Translations under genes and position numbers: made by a program
Notes under the pieces: model-generated
Told to the model about the DNA's origin: nothing
The model's input: the letters and a program-made list of their open reading frames with translations, nothing else
The model's database searches: none
In this document: positions 37,210-50,642 of the stretch, in pieces
How the letters are laid out: every line of letters starts with the position of its first letter
Numbering within the stretch: position 1 is the first letter of the stretch
DNA from: Octopus bimaculoides
Lineage: Eukaryota
Length of the DNA stretch: 53,978 nt
Assembly: GCF_001194135.2 (NCBI RefSeq)
Contig: NC_068981.1
Coordinates: 107,220,592 to 107,274,569 of the forward strand
Reading direction: 5' to 3'

Positions 37210-38393
37210 GTTAGTATTATATTTATCATAATATATTTATACAATATAATTATAATGTTACAAGAAGAGAAGTTAGACATTAGAAAAGAAGCTGAGAGTA
37301 AGAAGTTTGCCAATGTTCTGTGACATGAGGATCAAAGGCTTATGGTATTCTGGATTGCAAGGCAATGTTGGAAAGAAGATTGAGATTTTGTTGAGAAGTG
37401 TGTTTGGAGTGATAACAGCACTCTTGCTCTCACTGATATTGAAAAGAAAGAGGATAGGCGAATGCATAGGTGAAAAAAGTGAATCCAACATATGGATCAG
37501 TCATTCAAGTTGATAGCAATATGGTGGATAAAGGCATGTAAGGGAATGAAGCAGGAGAAGTACCCAGTCCATCGAGAATTACCCATGAGATGCTTAAAAT
37601 ATCTGGTAGAATGGGACATGGGCTAGTCACCCTCATAGTGAATTACATAATACAAGTGGGAGGGCCATACTCAATGACTGGTGTAGATCTTAATCTACTG
37701 CTACAGGGGCAAAGAAGATATGTGCTACATGTCAGCCAAAGAGATAATAATTCATGGGATGCATACAGAACAGCAAGAATCCAGATGCTAATGTATCTGC
37801 TCATTCTTGCACTTTATGAATTATTATTTATTTGGAAGACATCAACACATCAAACAATTTATTTGCTAATTCCTACAGACAAAAGCTCAAGCTCTTGTTA
37901 GATTCATCAGTCTGGCAAGATTGCTTTGACTGAGGAGATACACAGTGAGACCAAAACATCATGGTGTCTCAAAGTTACCTTACACTGGTGAAGCAAGTGT
38001 TTTAGGAACACGTGTCTAAAGGGAGAAGGTGTTCTCTGATGATGTAAAACAACTGTAATCATGTTTCAATTGCCAGATTGTATTACAAACATTTCATAAT
38101 TGATATTTAAAACTACATTATTTATATTATTTTCTTGTATATGTTTGTCAAATGCATAATTAAATAATTTATAACCCCAAATTATTTGAGAACACTGCTG
38201 ACTTTTCTAGACATCTAAGAGTTACTAGAATACATCTTTTTTCAGTTACCGAGTTTTGTCAAAAAAAGAAAAAGGATAGTTTTTCCTTTTGTAGTTCTTT
38301 AAATATTTAGTGGTTGGTGATATTTGAATAATTTCCCAATATTACTTTATTTATTCAAAATTCTTTTTTCTTTCTTTTTTTCTTCTGTTTTAG

Positions 38394-38563
38394 CATTTAA
38401 ACCTTGGAATATTTCGCAGTGATTACATGCTTCACTGTGATAAAGGATCTTCCAGTCTAGCCATTAAAGATTTTGCTAAACATCTTCAATTAAAGCAGGT
38501 CGAAACCAATACAATTGCATCTAGTTTTGCTGGTTTAGCAACAAACATGGTTTCTGTACACAG
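38394..38563 (+). CDS. GSS: GSS coding exon 4: HLNLGIFRSDYMLHCDKGSSSLAIKDFAKHLQLKQVETNTIASSFAGLATNMVSVH(R)
   Basis: Long polypyrimidine tract plus tag acceptor; AG|GTATGG donor. Carries the GxxRSDYM and LKQxExNTI.SSF.G catalytic motifs of eukaryotic GSS. Confidence 0.96.
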
Positions 38564-38646
38564 GTATGGGATACTGAGTTTTATGTTTTTATATGCTTTT
38601 ATTTATTTTTTACTTTTGAGGCAGTCAAACTGAGTCTAGTGATGTC

Positions 38647-38873
38647 TTAAATCTTTAACATTTAAACCAGCCATGTCCACTCAAGCCCAAATATTCTAAC
38701 CCATTTTATGTTCAAACTGGTCTGATCCAGTCTCTCACACCCACTCTTCAATGTTATTCTAAAAATAAACAATCACATCATCAGAATTTCGAAGCTACAA
38801 GATAATATCTCATTAACAATGTGAATAAGTAAACATTACATTTGACAGAATAATCTGAATGCTAAATGGTTAA
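38647..38873. mobile_element. TTAA-flanked (piggyBac-type) MITE; a second copy in opposite orientation lies at about 48330-48817
   Basis: ttaa-atctttaacattt ... aatgctaaatgg-ttaa. The second copy ends catgctaaagggttaa and has reverse-complement internal homology. Confidence 0.65.
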
Positions 38874-39024
38874 TGATAATGCTTGAGAAGATTTTTTACA
38901 CTATTTCATAAATAGTTAACAGTTATGAAGTCTATATTAAATACATTTTTATAGGCCATAAATTAATATAGTGTAAGTAATCAAGGCAATGCATAAATTA
39001 ATACAATATAAAGAATTAAGTTAA

Positions 39025-39265
39025 GTGCGGGTGGCACATAAAAGACACCATTTCGAGCGTGGCCGTTTTCGTGCGGGTGACACGTAAAAGCACCCACTAC
39101 ACTCTCTGAGTGGTTGGCGTTAGGAAGGGCATCCAGCTGTAGAAACTCTGCCAAATCAGACTGGAGCCTGGTGTTGCCATCCGGTTTCACCAGTCCTCAG
39201 TCAAATCGTCCAACCCATGCTAGCATGGAAAGCGGACGTTAAACGATGATGATGATGATGATGAT
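39025..39265 (+). mobile_element. Young family-B copy, 5'-truncated
   Basis: Nearly identical to 25240-25481 (I see one substitution over the ~230-bp body). Confidence 0.88.
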
Positions 39266-40339
39266 GTTAATACATAAGTTAGATATTTTTTTTACAACAT
39301 AAACTCAGACTAATAGGACCTCTGTTTGTTAGTTAACAGTTAATCCATAACATCATCACCATTTAACATCTGTTTTCTATGCTGACATGGGTTGGACAGT
39401 TTTATAGGAGCAAGTAAGGCTGGGAGCTGCATTATATTCTGTTGTCTGATTTAGCATGTTTTCTATGGCTGGATGTTCTTCCTAGCACCAATCACTTTGC
39501 AGACTGTACTGGGTGCCTTTTATGTGTGACCAGCATCAGTGCTTTTTATATGGTACCAGCACTGACAGGGTCATTTAGTAACTTGCAAGACAAAACCCCC
39601 TTCAACTGGGAGGAAGGAGTTATAGTGAGGATGGGGGTGGCTTTGTGCCAGTTTGATGAGAGATCAGAAGTATAAAGAGACAGGAATAGGTGTGTTGCTG
39701 CAAAGCAGATATGTGGATAATCCAATTGAAAAGGAAGAAGGTGAGTTAGAGAGTAAGATAAGGAGAGCAATAGTGTGAGAGATCATGGTGAAGATGTGTC
39801 AGGACATGTCTTTGTGGGACATTGGGGGGGGGGAGAATAAGTGGGTTGATACAGAGAGGCAAATGATAGAGTGAAATATAGGAGAGGTGGGGGTCATTGA
39901 AGGTGATACCAGATAAGTGAGGTATTAATGGTGAGGAACAACACGGGCAAGAAAAGGTACAGAAAAACAGTGATTGGAGGAGATAGTAGGCAGGAGAAGA
40001 TAATGAGAAATGCAAGTGGTTTGGAGTGGGGAAGGAAGTAACAAAGAAAGCACAGGGATGTAGTATATGCCTATTCTGTTCTCAGGTGATTAAGAAGTGA
40101 TGGGTGTTAGGGGAGGAAGATGGTTGATGAGGCAGAGAGGGTACTGGAGGGCATGGGCCAGAGACCCTCACAGCCAAGCATTAACCAAAGTGGTTTAGAA
40201 TATCAATTCTGCTGTGGTGGACAAGTTTTCTTTACAGCAAAGCACCTCTGTCATTTCCTTCATAAGGCACAATGTCTTTCATACCATGAATTTCATAACA
40301 TACAAATCATGTACTTAGAAATGTTTATTTTTAATGCAG

Positions 40340-40382
40340 ATATTCAATGGCACAGGCAGGATATTATGAAAATGAAAATCAG
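40340..40382 (+). CDS. GSS: GSS coding exon 5 (43-nt mini-exon): (R)YSMAQAGYYENENQ
   Basis: tttttaatgcag acceptor and CAG|GTAAAG donor. It is the candidate I found that bridges the phase-2 end of exon 4 to the phase-0 start of exon 6 without a stop. Confidence 0.8.
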
Positions 40383-41499
40383 GTAAAGATTATTTCTAAT
40401 TTTTAAGGCAACATTAATAGGAGTAGCAATGTTTTTTCCAATGTTATAATGATATTTCTTAATTTTAGTAATATTAAGAGAGATTTACATTTCTCTCTTG
40501 ACCCACCTGAAAATTTCAAATGAATTTTGGTTTCTTTTTAAATGTTATTCTAGTGAAACACTGTAATAAAGAATCAGCAACCAGTTTATGGATGTATTAT
40601 AAAAGGCTTTAAGATTATTGACTGTAAAGAGAAAATAATTCATTTTTATGGTACATCTATTTAAAAATGGCAAAAATAACTCTGATGAAATGCAATATCC
40701 GTTTCAACACTCAAAACTTTTCCCAACTAAGATTCTAATATAGATAATGTAATTTAAACTAATATAATCACTTTCTTTATTTTTATCATCATTATAAGCA
40801 TAGGTATGGTCATGTGGTTAAAAAGTTTGCCTCGTGTCTTCTAATATAGCCTCAAGCTAACAAATACCTTGTGGATAAAATTTTCAAGATAAAACTGTAT
40901 GGAAGTTAATTTTGTGTCTGTCTGTCTGTTCCTATTTACCTTCACATTGACATCTCTTGAGTGATGATAAACATTTGTTAATGTCTCCTATAAATGTTCT
41001 ATGGTTGAACTGTTTCAATGTACGTAAATAGCACCATTTGAGTGTGATCGTTACTAGTGTCGCCTTACTGGCACTTGTACCGGTGGTACGGGGAAAAAAC
41101 ATTCGAGCGAGGTCATTGCCAGTGCTGCTGGACTGGCTCCTGTGCATGTAGCATGTAAAAAAACACCACTTGAGTGTAGCCATTGCCAGTACTGCCTGAC
41201 TTGCCTGCATGCTGGTGGCACGTAAAAGCACCCACTACACTCTCGGAGTGGTTGGCGTTAGGAAGGGCATCCAGCTGTAGAAACTCTGCCAGAGAAGATT
41301 GGAGCCTAGTGCAGCCATCTGGTTCGCCAGTCCTCAGTCAAATCGTCTAACCCATGCTAGCATGGAAAGCAGACGTTAAACGATGAAACGATACTTATAT
41401 NNNNNNNNNNNNNNNNNNNNNNNNNNNNNNNNNNNNNNNNNNNNNNNNNNNNNNNNNNNNNNNNNNNNNNNNNNNNNNNNNNNNNNNNNNNNNNNNNNN

Positions 41500-41559
<60 letters not shown>

Positions 41560-41899
41560 GTATATATGTATATGTGATATTTTCCACAATGAAAATATAT
41601 GAGAAAGATATGATATATGATTTTCTTTGTGCAGGAGTTCCTTGAGACATGTAATCTATTTTAAGGGTTATACAAGAGTAAAAAAATGTTGAGAAACACA
41701 GGTATAGACACTTAAATCTGATTCTAAATCATTCTGTCTTTTATTTGTTATACTTTATTGCATTAAATATTTACATGACAAACGTGTTTTTCTTCCTCCC
41801 CATCTCCCCTTTTTCTCTTATCAGACCGTTTTTCTCCTTCCAATTGTACTCATTTTCTCTTATCTCTTCAATGCTCTATCTCGTGTTTTTCACTTGTAG

Positions 41900-41973
41900 G
41901 TTCCTAACAATAATCCAGCAAATGGACTTGCTAGAGGAATGGTTGAAGCATGGAATCTTTATGGTAATGCAAA
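41900..41973 (+). CDS. GSS: GSS coding exon 6: VPNNNPANGLARGMVEAWNLYGNA(N)
   Basis: ttgtag acceptor and AA|GTAAGT donor. Matches human [23 protein letters not shown]. Confidence 0.95.
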
Positions 41974-42965
41974 GTAAGTAAATTATTGTTACTTACTGTT
42001 GCATACTCAAGCCTTCACAATATTTACAACTGCATATGAAGACAGTTCAACAGCTACATCTACAACACCATCTTCAAAAAGTACATGAGCTAATATTATG
42101 CCTGTATGTAGTGGGTTGACTTGCTTGAAATAGCAACCAAACTCAAATCATACCTTACCATCTTCAAAAAACACATCAGAAAATATTTGGAATGTCTTTG
42201 GTTACCGGTTGCCTTGATAAAGGCTCATTTAAAGCTAAATGATAAAAATATTCTTAATAAGCAGATGTTATTATTCTAGACAAGACTATGAAAAATATTT
42301 AGTGAAATATTTCAGAAATAATTAATCTTTAATCATAATTTTATGCCATTTTTGTATTTTCATATACTATTATATAAGGTATAAAACTTTGAATGTCCAA
42401 TGATAATAATTGATTTATTGATCTGGGTTGAATTGCAGATGAAAAAAATAATACGTAAATTTTTTTTAACAATTCTTCTTTTATCATTTATTTAGCTTCA
42501 TTGATATGTGAAAAGATGTTATTCCTATTCCTACAGATTCTCTATAGAAGTTAGGGCCAGAAAATCTGTAGGGAAAATCAATAGAGATACACTTAAAAGT
42601 GATTAAATCGCACTACTAACGCAGTAGGATACTGTTTTGAGTTGTAAACCTTTAGTATACTTGATAGTATATTATGGCTGCAAAACAAAATATGGTATCC
42701 CTACCAGCAATTAATGGGAAAAGATTAGTTTCATAAGGTTGAAAAATTTAGCTTAATACTGCTTTGTGCTTCACTGAAAATCAAGTTTTAAAATATAAAA
42801 TATGTGTAATTTATACTGCTGTGGTAAGAATTATTCTGATTAACCTTAGTAAAGCTTGAAAATATTGTTAGACATGTTATATACTTCATATTTGTTTCGT
42901 ATGCATTTACTATTTAGAATTTATTACATTTAAGAAACGTTCTTTATTTTATAATTATGTTGCAG

Positions 42966-43130
42966 TTCGGTAGTTCTGTTTATAGTTTCATCTTGTGAAC
43001 GAAATATATTTGACCAAAAATTCGTGGAGCATGCCATTTTTGAAATCAATCCCAAAATATCAATCATTCGTCAATCATTGGAAGATATTTGTCAGAAGGG
43101 ATATTTGAATGAAGAAAATAAGCTTATTAT
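42966..43130 (+). CDS. GSS: GSS coding exon 7: SVVLFIVSSCERNIFDQKFVEHAIFEINPKISIIRQSLEDICQKGYLNEENKLI(I)
   Basis: ttgcag acceptor and AT|GTGAGT donor. Contains the ERNIFDQ motif. Confidence 0.96.
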
Positions 43131-44669
43131 GTGAGTTTTAGTTTTATAATTTTCTTGAGTTCTATATTACAAAATGGAAATACTCGTACATATGTTTAAG
43201 TCACAAACACATTCATATGTGTGCACAAATTTGTACACGTCTTAAATTCCATTGTTCCTTTCAAGTCTGTTCTATCTAAAGCCATTTAATGGCAATTATC
43301 TTTCCTTTGTGTACCTTTTCTAATTTACTAAAGGTGTTCTGAAGCTATTGTAAGTGTATATGTTTACCTGTTTTTCATATTTATTATGGCAGTGCATTTA
43401 TCAGGCTAAGCATTATATATGTATTAAAACACTGAAATAAAATCCTATTACAAATGGATAATTACTAAAAATCGGCTATGCTAGTAGTGGTGGTGGTGTG
43501 TAATTCAGAAAAACAAAAAATATGAAAGTGGGATATTTTGGATGTACTATAAGCAGAAAAATCTAACATTTTAGATAGCGCCATTCCTGTGTTACAGAAC
43601 AGCAATGAAACTGCTGGAATTTGAATTTTTGGATTGTAAACTTTATTTCCTTTTGCATACAACATAACTCTTGTTTATAAAAGTGATATTGCCACTGACA
43701 ATTTTGTACTTAGAGCATGTAGAAGATTTATTTTACTGATTTCAATTTTTGGCACAAGGCCAGCAATTTGGGGGAGGAGTAAATTGATTATATCAACCCC
43801 AGTGTTCAACTGATACTTATTTTATGGACCCCACCCAAAAAGATGAAAGACAAAGTTGACCTTGACAGAATTTGAGCTCAGAACATTTTGCCCTGCATGT
43901 TAATGGTTCTGCCAGCTTGCTGCCTAGATGACTTATTTTATTGAGAGGAATTTAATTGAACTTACTTCATATATTATTGGTAATTATTTCTGCTGACCCT
44001 CAGGGAAATGAAAAGTAGTCATCTTTGATATGGATTGAACTCAGAACAATGAAGTATTTTAAAACAACTGGTTTACTAATATTGGTTTCAAATTTTGGCA
44101 CACTGCCAGCAAGTTTAGGGAGGGAGTAAGTCGATTATATTGACCCTGGTGTTCAACTGGTACTTATTCTATCAACACCGAAAGGATGAAAGGAAAAGTT
44201 GGCTTCAACAGAACTTAAACTCAGAACATAAAGACAGATGAACTGCTGTTAGGCATGCTAATGATTTTGCCACCTCACCACCTTGTGGTTTACTAATATT
44301 ATCACCACAAGTTCTTGTGTGTTCATATAAGTTAACACAATGCGGTTCACTTGGAAAATTTATTAGCTAGGAAGTATGCAGAAGGAAATCTTATTAATTC
44401 TTATTTGTATATAAGGTTTTATAAGATCTAATTCTACCTAACTACTGGACATATGTTCCATTTCTCCCACTTGTAGAGTGGTTTGTCTTCCTTTGTAATA
44501 AAATCATTTGTTAGTCCAACAATATCTTCTCAGTTATAATGAATCTTATATGTGCATCAGTAAAATACATTAATTTACCAAAACCATGAATATATTTAAT
44601 AGGTTTCGAGATGTGCTATTTCACGATAATTTTCAGTTATCATGTATAGTCAATTTTTTTTCTTTGTAG

Positions 44670-44739
44670 AGATGGTTTAGAAATTGCTGTTGTATACTTT
44701 AGAGATGGTTACTCACCTGATAGTTATAAATCACAACAG
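44670..44739 (+). CDS. GSS: GSS coding exon 8: DGLEIAVVYFRDGYSPDSYKSQQ
   Basis: tttgtag acceptor and CAG|GTAAAA donor. IAVVYFRDGY is identical to human. Confidence 0.97.
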
Positions 44740-45477
44740 GTAAAAAATTTATTGTTAGCTCTGCTACATAATTCTGAAATGATCATAGGAAAGTCTAATC
44801 CATTCTTTAATTTCAAATATATGTTTAATATTTAAAAATATCTGTTTATAACTTGCAATTTATTTGATATTACATCAGTATGCGTGTGTGTGAATGAGAG
44901 ATAGTGAGAGAGAGAAGTCCTTTGAATATGAACAAATATTTAAATTCATATATTCTCTTACCATTGCAGCTATTAATCAGTTAGATATTTGCCAAGTTAT
45001 TCTATTGATTTTGCTATCCAACTTCTATCTTGACATTAATTGAAAAAGTGTTGAGTGCATCAGTATTTTTTTAATCTTAATATATCATTTTTTGTAGTAG
45101 TACATTTTTGAATAACAGAAGAACATTTTAGATATTTGCATTCATTAATTTTCAAACAAGGAATTAATTTGTCAGTGTAAACCCTCGAATCCTATGTCAA
45201 TCTCGAGTTATTTCAGCTCTGTTTCTGATTACATGGAATAAATACCCAATGCCTTTCTTTGAAAACTGTACATTGTCATTAATAGGACAGAAAGTAATGA
45301 TTTTTCATATCATTCAGATATTTTATCTGCAAGGTCATTGCAACTTCCAACAACTGAACACGAGATACGATCTTAGATTTGTGATATAGCCTTATGGTTG
45401 CATAAATAAGTCAGTGAATTTGATATGAATCTTTTTAGAACCAAAAGACTGGAATAAAACAATAATAATAACGATAA

Positions 45478-45832
45478 TAAAACAAGAGTGTCTAATAATT
45501 GACGTGGCAGTGCCAGGAGGTTAACATTTCATCATGAAAGAAAGAGAAAAGGTTGATGAATATGGAGAGCTGAGAATTGAGATCGCTAAGATGTGGCAGC
45601 CATGAGAGTCAAACTTGGAGGTTATCCCTATTGTCACTGGAGCATTGGGTTCAATACCACCCAATCTGAAAAAACATTTGGAAACTTTAGAAAATACCCC
45701 GCAATCTAGATGTATTGCAAAAGTCAGCATTACTTGGAACTGTCTGAGGTCCTTGTCATTTGGCAAACAATACAAACCTCTGGTGGACACAACATCTTCA
45801 ATCTTCACGATATTGTATACTGTGCGACATCT
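45478..45832 (+). mobile_element. R4/Dong-like 3' fragment bracketed by (AAT)n tracts
   Basis: CLIIDVAVPG...KEREKVDEYGELRIEIAKMW...VIPIVTGALGSIP.NLKKHLE; followed by (TAA)n at 45833-45855. Confidence 0.8.
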
Positions 45833-45861
45833 ATAATAATAATAATAATAATAATTATCAT

Positions 45862-47815
45862 TATTGTCTGCTTGCTTGTTTACCTATGATGTGGAATTTT
45901 CTAACTGCAATAATGTGAAAGAAATTGTATGACCGTCTTGAAAGAAATGAACTGCTGGCAAATGAACAGAAAGGCTGCTGGAAGGGACAAAGGATCAGTT
46001 GCTGATAGATAAGGCAGTTTTGAGAAACTTTGGAGTAGATTGACAAACCTGTCAATGGCTTGGATTGACTATAAAAGGCACATGATATGGTTCCTCACTC
46101 TTGGATTCTATATAATGTCTGGATATGGTTGGGGCAGCTAAAAATATGTTATATTTATTCAAGAAGTGAGAGGAACTACAAGACAATTTTGACAGCAGGT
46201 GGAACAAATTGACTTTAAGAGGGGAATCTCTTAAAGAGGCTGTGTCACCACTGCTGTTTATTTTGGTATGTTACCATTCTCCATGGTTCTGAGGAAGGTG
46301 GAAACTGGTTACAAACTGCAGAAAAACACTAGACCACCTGCTGTTTATGGATGATTTGAAGCTTTACAGAGCTAACAGAGGTCAACTGGACTCCATTATT
46401 CAGACAGTATGAATTTTCTCTCATCACACCCAGAGGATATTTAGTCTAAATAATTGTGCTGTTATTGAACTGAGGAGAGGGTCAAAAGTAGAGAGCAGTA
46501 GAGTACAACTTCCAGATGATGAGCGCATAAAAGAAGTGAGTGGAGAGGTTTACAAGTACATTGGTGTTTTACAATTAGGCCAAATGACAAACACCAAGAT
46601 GAAGGAAAACATTTTTTCTGAATATACCAAAGGCGTAAAAAAGCTATGTAGATCCAAGATAAAGGAGGAAACCTAATTAGAGGCATTAATGCTTGAGCTG
46701 TAAGTGTGATACACTGCTGTGTAGGAGTTGTGAAATAGACAAGGGAGGAACTGGTCAGCATGGACAGAAAAGTTAGGAAGATAATGATTATGCATGGCTG
46801 CCTTCATTGTAGAAGTAATGTAGCAAGGCTTTATTTACCTAGGAAGAAAGGTGGAACAAAGAAGCTGGAATAGAGAATAATTTTATGCAGCCTATCTGAG
46901 GAATAGTGATGACAGAATGTTGCAGACTGCCCTGAGTGAGAAGGTGGTCAGTGACAAGGGGGAAACCCTCCAGGTGTACAAAATGAGGACTAATAGAGAA
47001 AAGATCATCAACTGGAAAGAGAAAGTCCTACATAGAGAGTTTTTTCCAGAAAGCTGATGAAGAATCCTGGAGATGGTTAAGACATATTTTTTAAAGAAGG
47101 AAGCAGAAAAACTGATTCTTGCTGTTCAACAACAAGCTTTATGAACCAACTGAATTATGTGAAGCATTGATAAGACAGCAGTATCACCTTTGTGTAGATT
47201 ATGTGGAAAATCATTTGAGGCAGTTAGACATATAATTGGATGCTCAAAACTGACCCAAAAGGAGTACAAAAATGCCATGAAAAAACTGGCAGTGCAAATA
47301 CACTGGGAGTTGTGCAGAAAGTATGGGCTAGAATGTTCCAACAAGTGCTATGAACACCAATCATTGTCAATAACAGAGATTGATCAGGTGGAACCCACAT
47401 GGGATATGCCAATCTACACAGATAAGAAACTGCAAGATAACCAACCAGATATCATTCTCCTACAGAAAGAATCCAAAGAATGGATGTTCATTGACATAGG
47501 TATACCTGCAGACCAAATATTGTGAAAACAGAAGATGAGAAAGTTGGTAAGCACCAAGACCTATCATAGGAAGTGAAATGCATCAACAGGACCTCAAAAT
47601 TGAGTATTGTACCTATTGTGATTGGTGCACTTGGAACCATCTGAAAGAGAGCAATATTCTGGCATCAAAAGCTGAAAATACCAAACTTCATAGGAAGTAC
47701 TCAGTTGGCAGCGATACTTGGAACACATGAGTTGGGAAAAGTGTTGCATCTCTAAGCTATGGGATGAAGCTGAGGTGTGACATAGATAACTCAGGAGAAG
47801 ATAGGATAATGAATA
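45862..47815 (+). mobile_element. R4/Dong-like non-LTR retrotransposon (RT + CCHC + restriction-like endonuclease), 5'-truncated and decayed
   Basis: CLLPMMW...NEQKGC..GTKDQLLIDK; HLLFMDDLKL; YKYIGV; CRLCGKSFE.VRHII.CSKL.QKEYK..H; WD.PI.TDKKLQDNQPDII; FIDIGIPAD; IVPIVIGALGT. Confidence 0.9.
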
Positions 47816-48484
47816 ATAAAATTTCTGTAAAAGAATGTAAAACCTGTTTATTTAAATTTGAAAATTTACTACTAAAATATACTGGCAAGATGCTTGTAGG
47901 CTTTTTTCTCGTAGATTGCAATACATGTGTCAGAGATGAAACTGTTCCAGACTTTCAGTATTATTTTTAATCACATCGGTGTTCTGGTAAACTCCTATAA
48001 CTCCACTGTTAGTTTAGGTTATAAAGCAATATTTTAGTCGATGACAGCAAAATCATACACTAAACCTTAAATTTATATGTATGATGCTATTGATAATGAT
48101 ACCTTTTTTTATTTGGTAGTGTAGTGAGGTACTACAGCTGTATTGCTGTTATAATACCTATATCTCATGAAAGCATCAGTATCATTAAAAATATAACAGT
48201 TAAATGGTCTTAAATGAACATTGAGAAACCAACAAAGTTTTATAACTATTTGCATATTAACCATGTTAATCTCTATGTTGTTGTCATGTGAAACTCTTGT
48301 TTTATATTACTTCCAGCACTTTCTAGATTAGTTTTGAATGTATTTTGTTTTATAGACTGTCAATTGTAATGCTTATTTATTCACATTTTGAATTAATCAT
48401 GCATTATCTTGTAATTTTGGAATTTCAATGATGTGACTGTTTATTGTTAGCATGACATTATAGGTTAGGTATGGGATGCTGCAT

Positions 48485-48730
48485 ATGGAAGCGCGTGGCT
48501 TAGTGGTTAGGGTGTCAGCATAATGATTGTAAGATTGTGGCTTCGATTCCTGGACTGGGCGACGCGTTGTGTTCTTGAGCAAAACACTTCATTTCACGTT
48601 GCTCCAGTCCACTCAGCTGGCAAAAATGAGTAACGCTGCGATGGACTGGCTGGGGAACACATACGCCATTGAAACCAGGAAACTGGGCCTATGAACCTGG
48701 CTAGGCTTTAAAAGGGCGCATTTATTTTTT
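48485..48730 (+). mobile_element. tRNA-derived CORE-like SINE with 15-bp TSD, nested in a TTAA MITE
   Basis: A-box TGGCTTAGTGG, B-box-like GCTTCGATTCC and ttgtgttcttgagcaaaacactt core. TSD tatgggatgctgcat (48470-48484) / tatgagatgctgcat (48731-48745). Confidence 0.9.
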
Positions 48731-49839
48731 TATGAGATGCTGCATTTGGCCATTTGAACATAAAACAGCTAGAATATTTTGAGCTGGATATGATCAGTTT
48801 ACATGCTAAAGGGTTAATGTAATAATCATTAACTTCAATACAATCATTTAAAATGTAGACTCTATAGAGGTTGGGATATAGTTGCATAATGAAAGACTGT
48901 CATGTTCTATAGGTAGTATGGTTGGGTTATAAATTAAAATAGAAGCAAGAGAAGAAAAGCTGCATTTGTGGGTTAAACTTTAAAGTGTAGGTACTACTTT
49001 TTTTCTGTGTGTAGAAGGGGGCCGTAAGTGCAAAGCTAAATTAAATAAATTGTTCCTTAACGGTATTATCTCTTTTGTTCCTAGTAGCTGTGAAGCCTGA
49101 AAATAACAGGTCTTTGTCTAAATTACTCATCAATTGATAAATCTTCATTGAATGTGAGTATTCATATTCATCACACACACAACAGACAAGTTACTTTTAT
49201 TTTATGCCATTATAGCAATAAGGGATTAGTATTGATTATAGGAAAGAATGCTCTTGCAAGCATTTTATGTCATGGTGAACAGTTGGTTGACATTTGAAAT
49301 GAATGATCAATATTTTGCATTCTTTTATTGCTTTCAGTCATTGAACTATGGCTATGCTGGGACATAACCTTCTAAGTTTTAGCCATTTATATTAATCCCA
49401 ATACTCATTTCAGTTTTGTTATTTCATTGATTTTTATTTGTTGATTACAAGGCATAAAAACACAGCATAAACAATACCACCAATTTTAGACTGATGTAAG
49501 TATAAACATGGGTATATGCACATATATATCACATACTCTATTCGTACATAGACACACACACAAAATGGGCACTGCACAGTTTCCTTCTACTAAATCACAG
49601 TGACAAGAAATTGGTCAACCTGAGGCTTTGTAGTAAAAGATACTTGTTCAAGATGTCAGGCAGTGCGATCAAACCCAGAAAATGTGGTTGCAAAGCGAAC
49701 TTCTAAGCTTGTCAATATGTAGACAACATTGTTAGTCAACAATATAAAAACTGTGAAAGTTAAAGGGTGATGCACTAAATGGTATATTCAGAAGATTCTC
49801 AATTAATAGAGGTGAAGCTGTATTAGGGGAAAGTTCACA

Positions 49840-50545
49840 GAGAAAGTAGTTTTTGTGTATGGCAGATGTGCAAGTACAATAAACATTCGGAATGTACTGA
49901 AAATAAACTTTGTCAAATGCCTAGTGGGGATACTTAGAAGTTGTAGATAGTTTCTGTCACCTAGGCAACCAAGTCAGCAGTCGAGGAGGATGCTCTGAGA
50001 GTGTAGCTGTTCAAATAAGAATGGGCTGAGCAAAGTTCTGAGAGCTTCTTACCTTTGTTGGTAACAAAAGGCCTCTCCCTCAGACTGAAAGGCATATGGC
50101 AGTGAAACATGAGCTGTGACTATAGAGGGCATATGAAGGCTTGAAAGAAATGAAGCCAGCATGCTTCACTGGATGTGCAATGTACAACAGAGTGTAAGTA
50201 TCTTCAGAGAAAAATTGGATTTAAGAGGATGTGATGTGCAAGAGAGAAGACTGTGCTGGTATGGTCATGCAATGCATATGGACGAGAACAGTTGCAAAAG
50301 GAAGTGCTGATCTCTAATTGTAGAGGGAACATATGAAAGGGGTAGACTCAGAAAGACATGGGATGAGCTGGTGAAATATGATCTTTGGTTGTAGAGTCTC
50401 ACAGAGGTGATGACAAGTGACCAAGACTTCTGGCAATTTGTTGTGCTTGAGAAGACACCTCAAGTTAAGTGAAATCATAGTTGTGGCCAGTGCTGGTAAT
50501 ATATAACAAGCACCCAGGCTGGTGGCACATAGAAGGCATCCATAC
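49840..50545 (+). mobile_element. RTE LINE 3' fragment of the same family
   Basis: gaagttgtagatagtttctgtcacctagg... is homologous to the 30050-30452 and 5100-5560 copies and continues into the same 3'UTR. Confidence 0.8.
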
Positions 50546-50642
50546 CACTAACTATCCATTCACAGATAGTTAAGAAAAATAAAATATTGATAACTTCAAT
50601 GCTTGATTGATTGACTGACTTTCTTCAAATTCTTCTTTTCAG

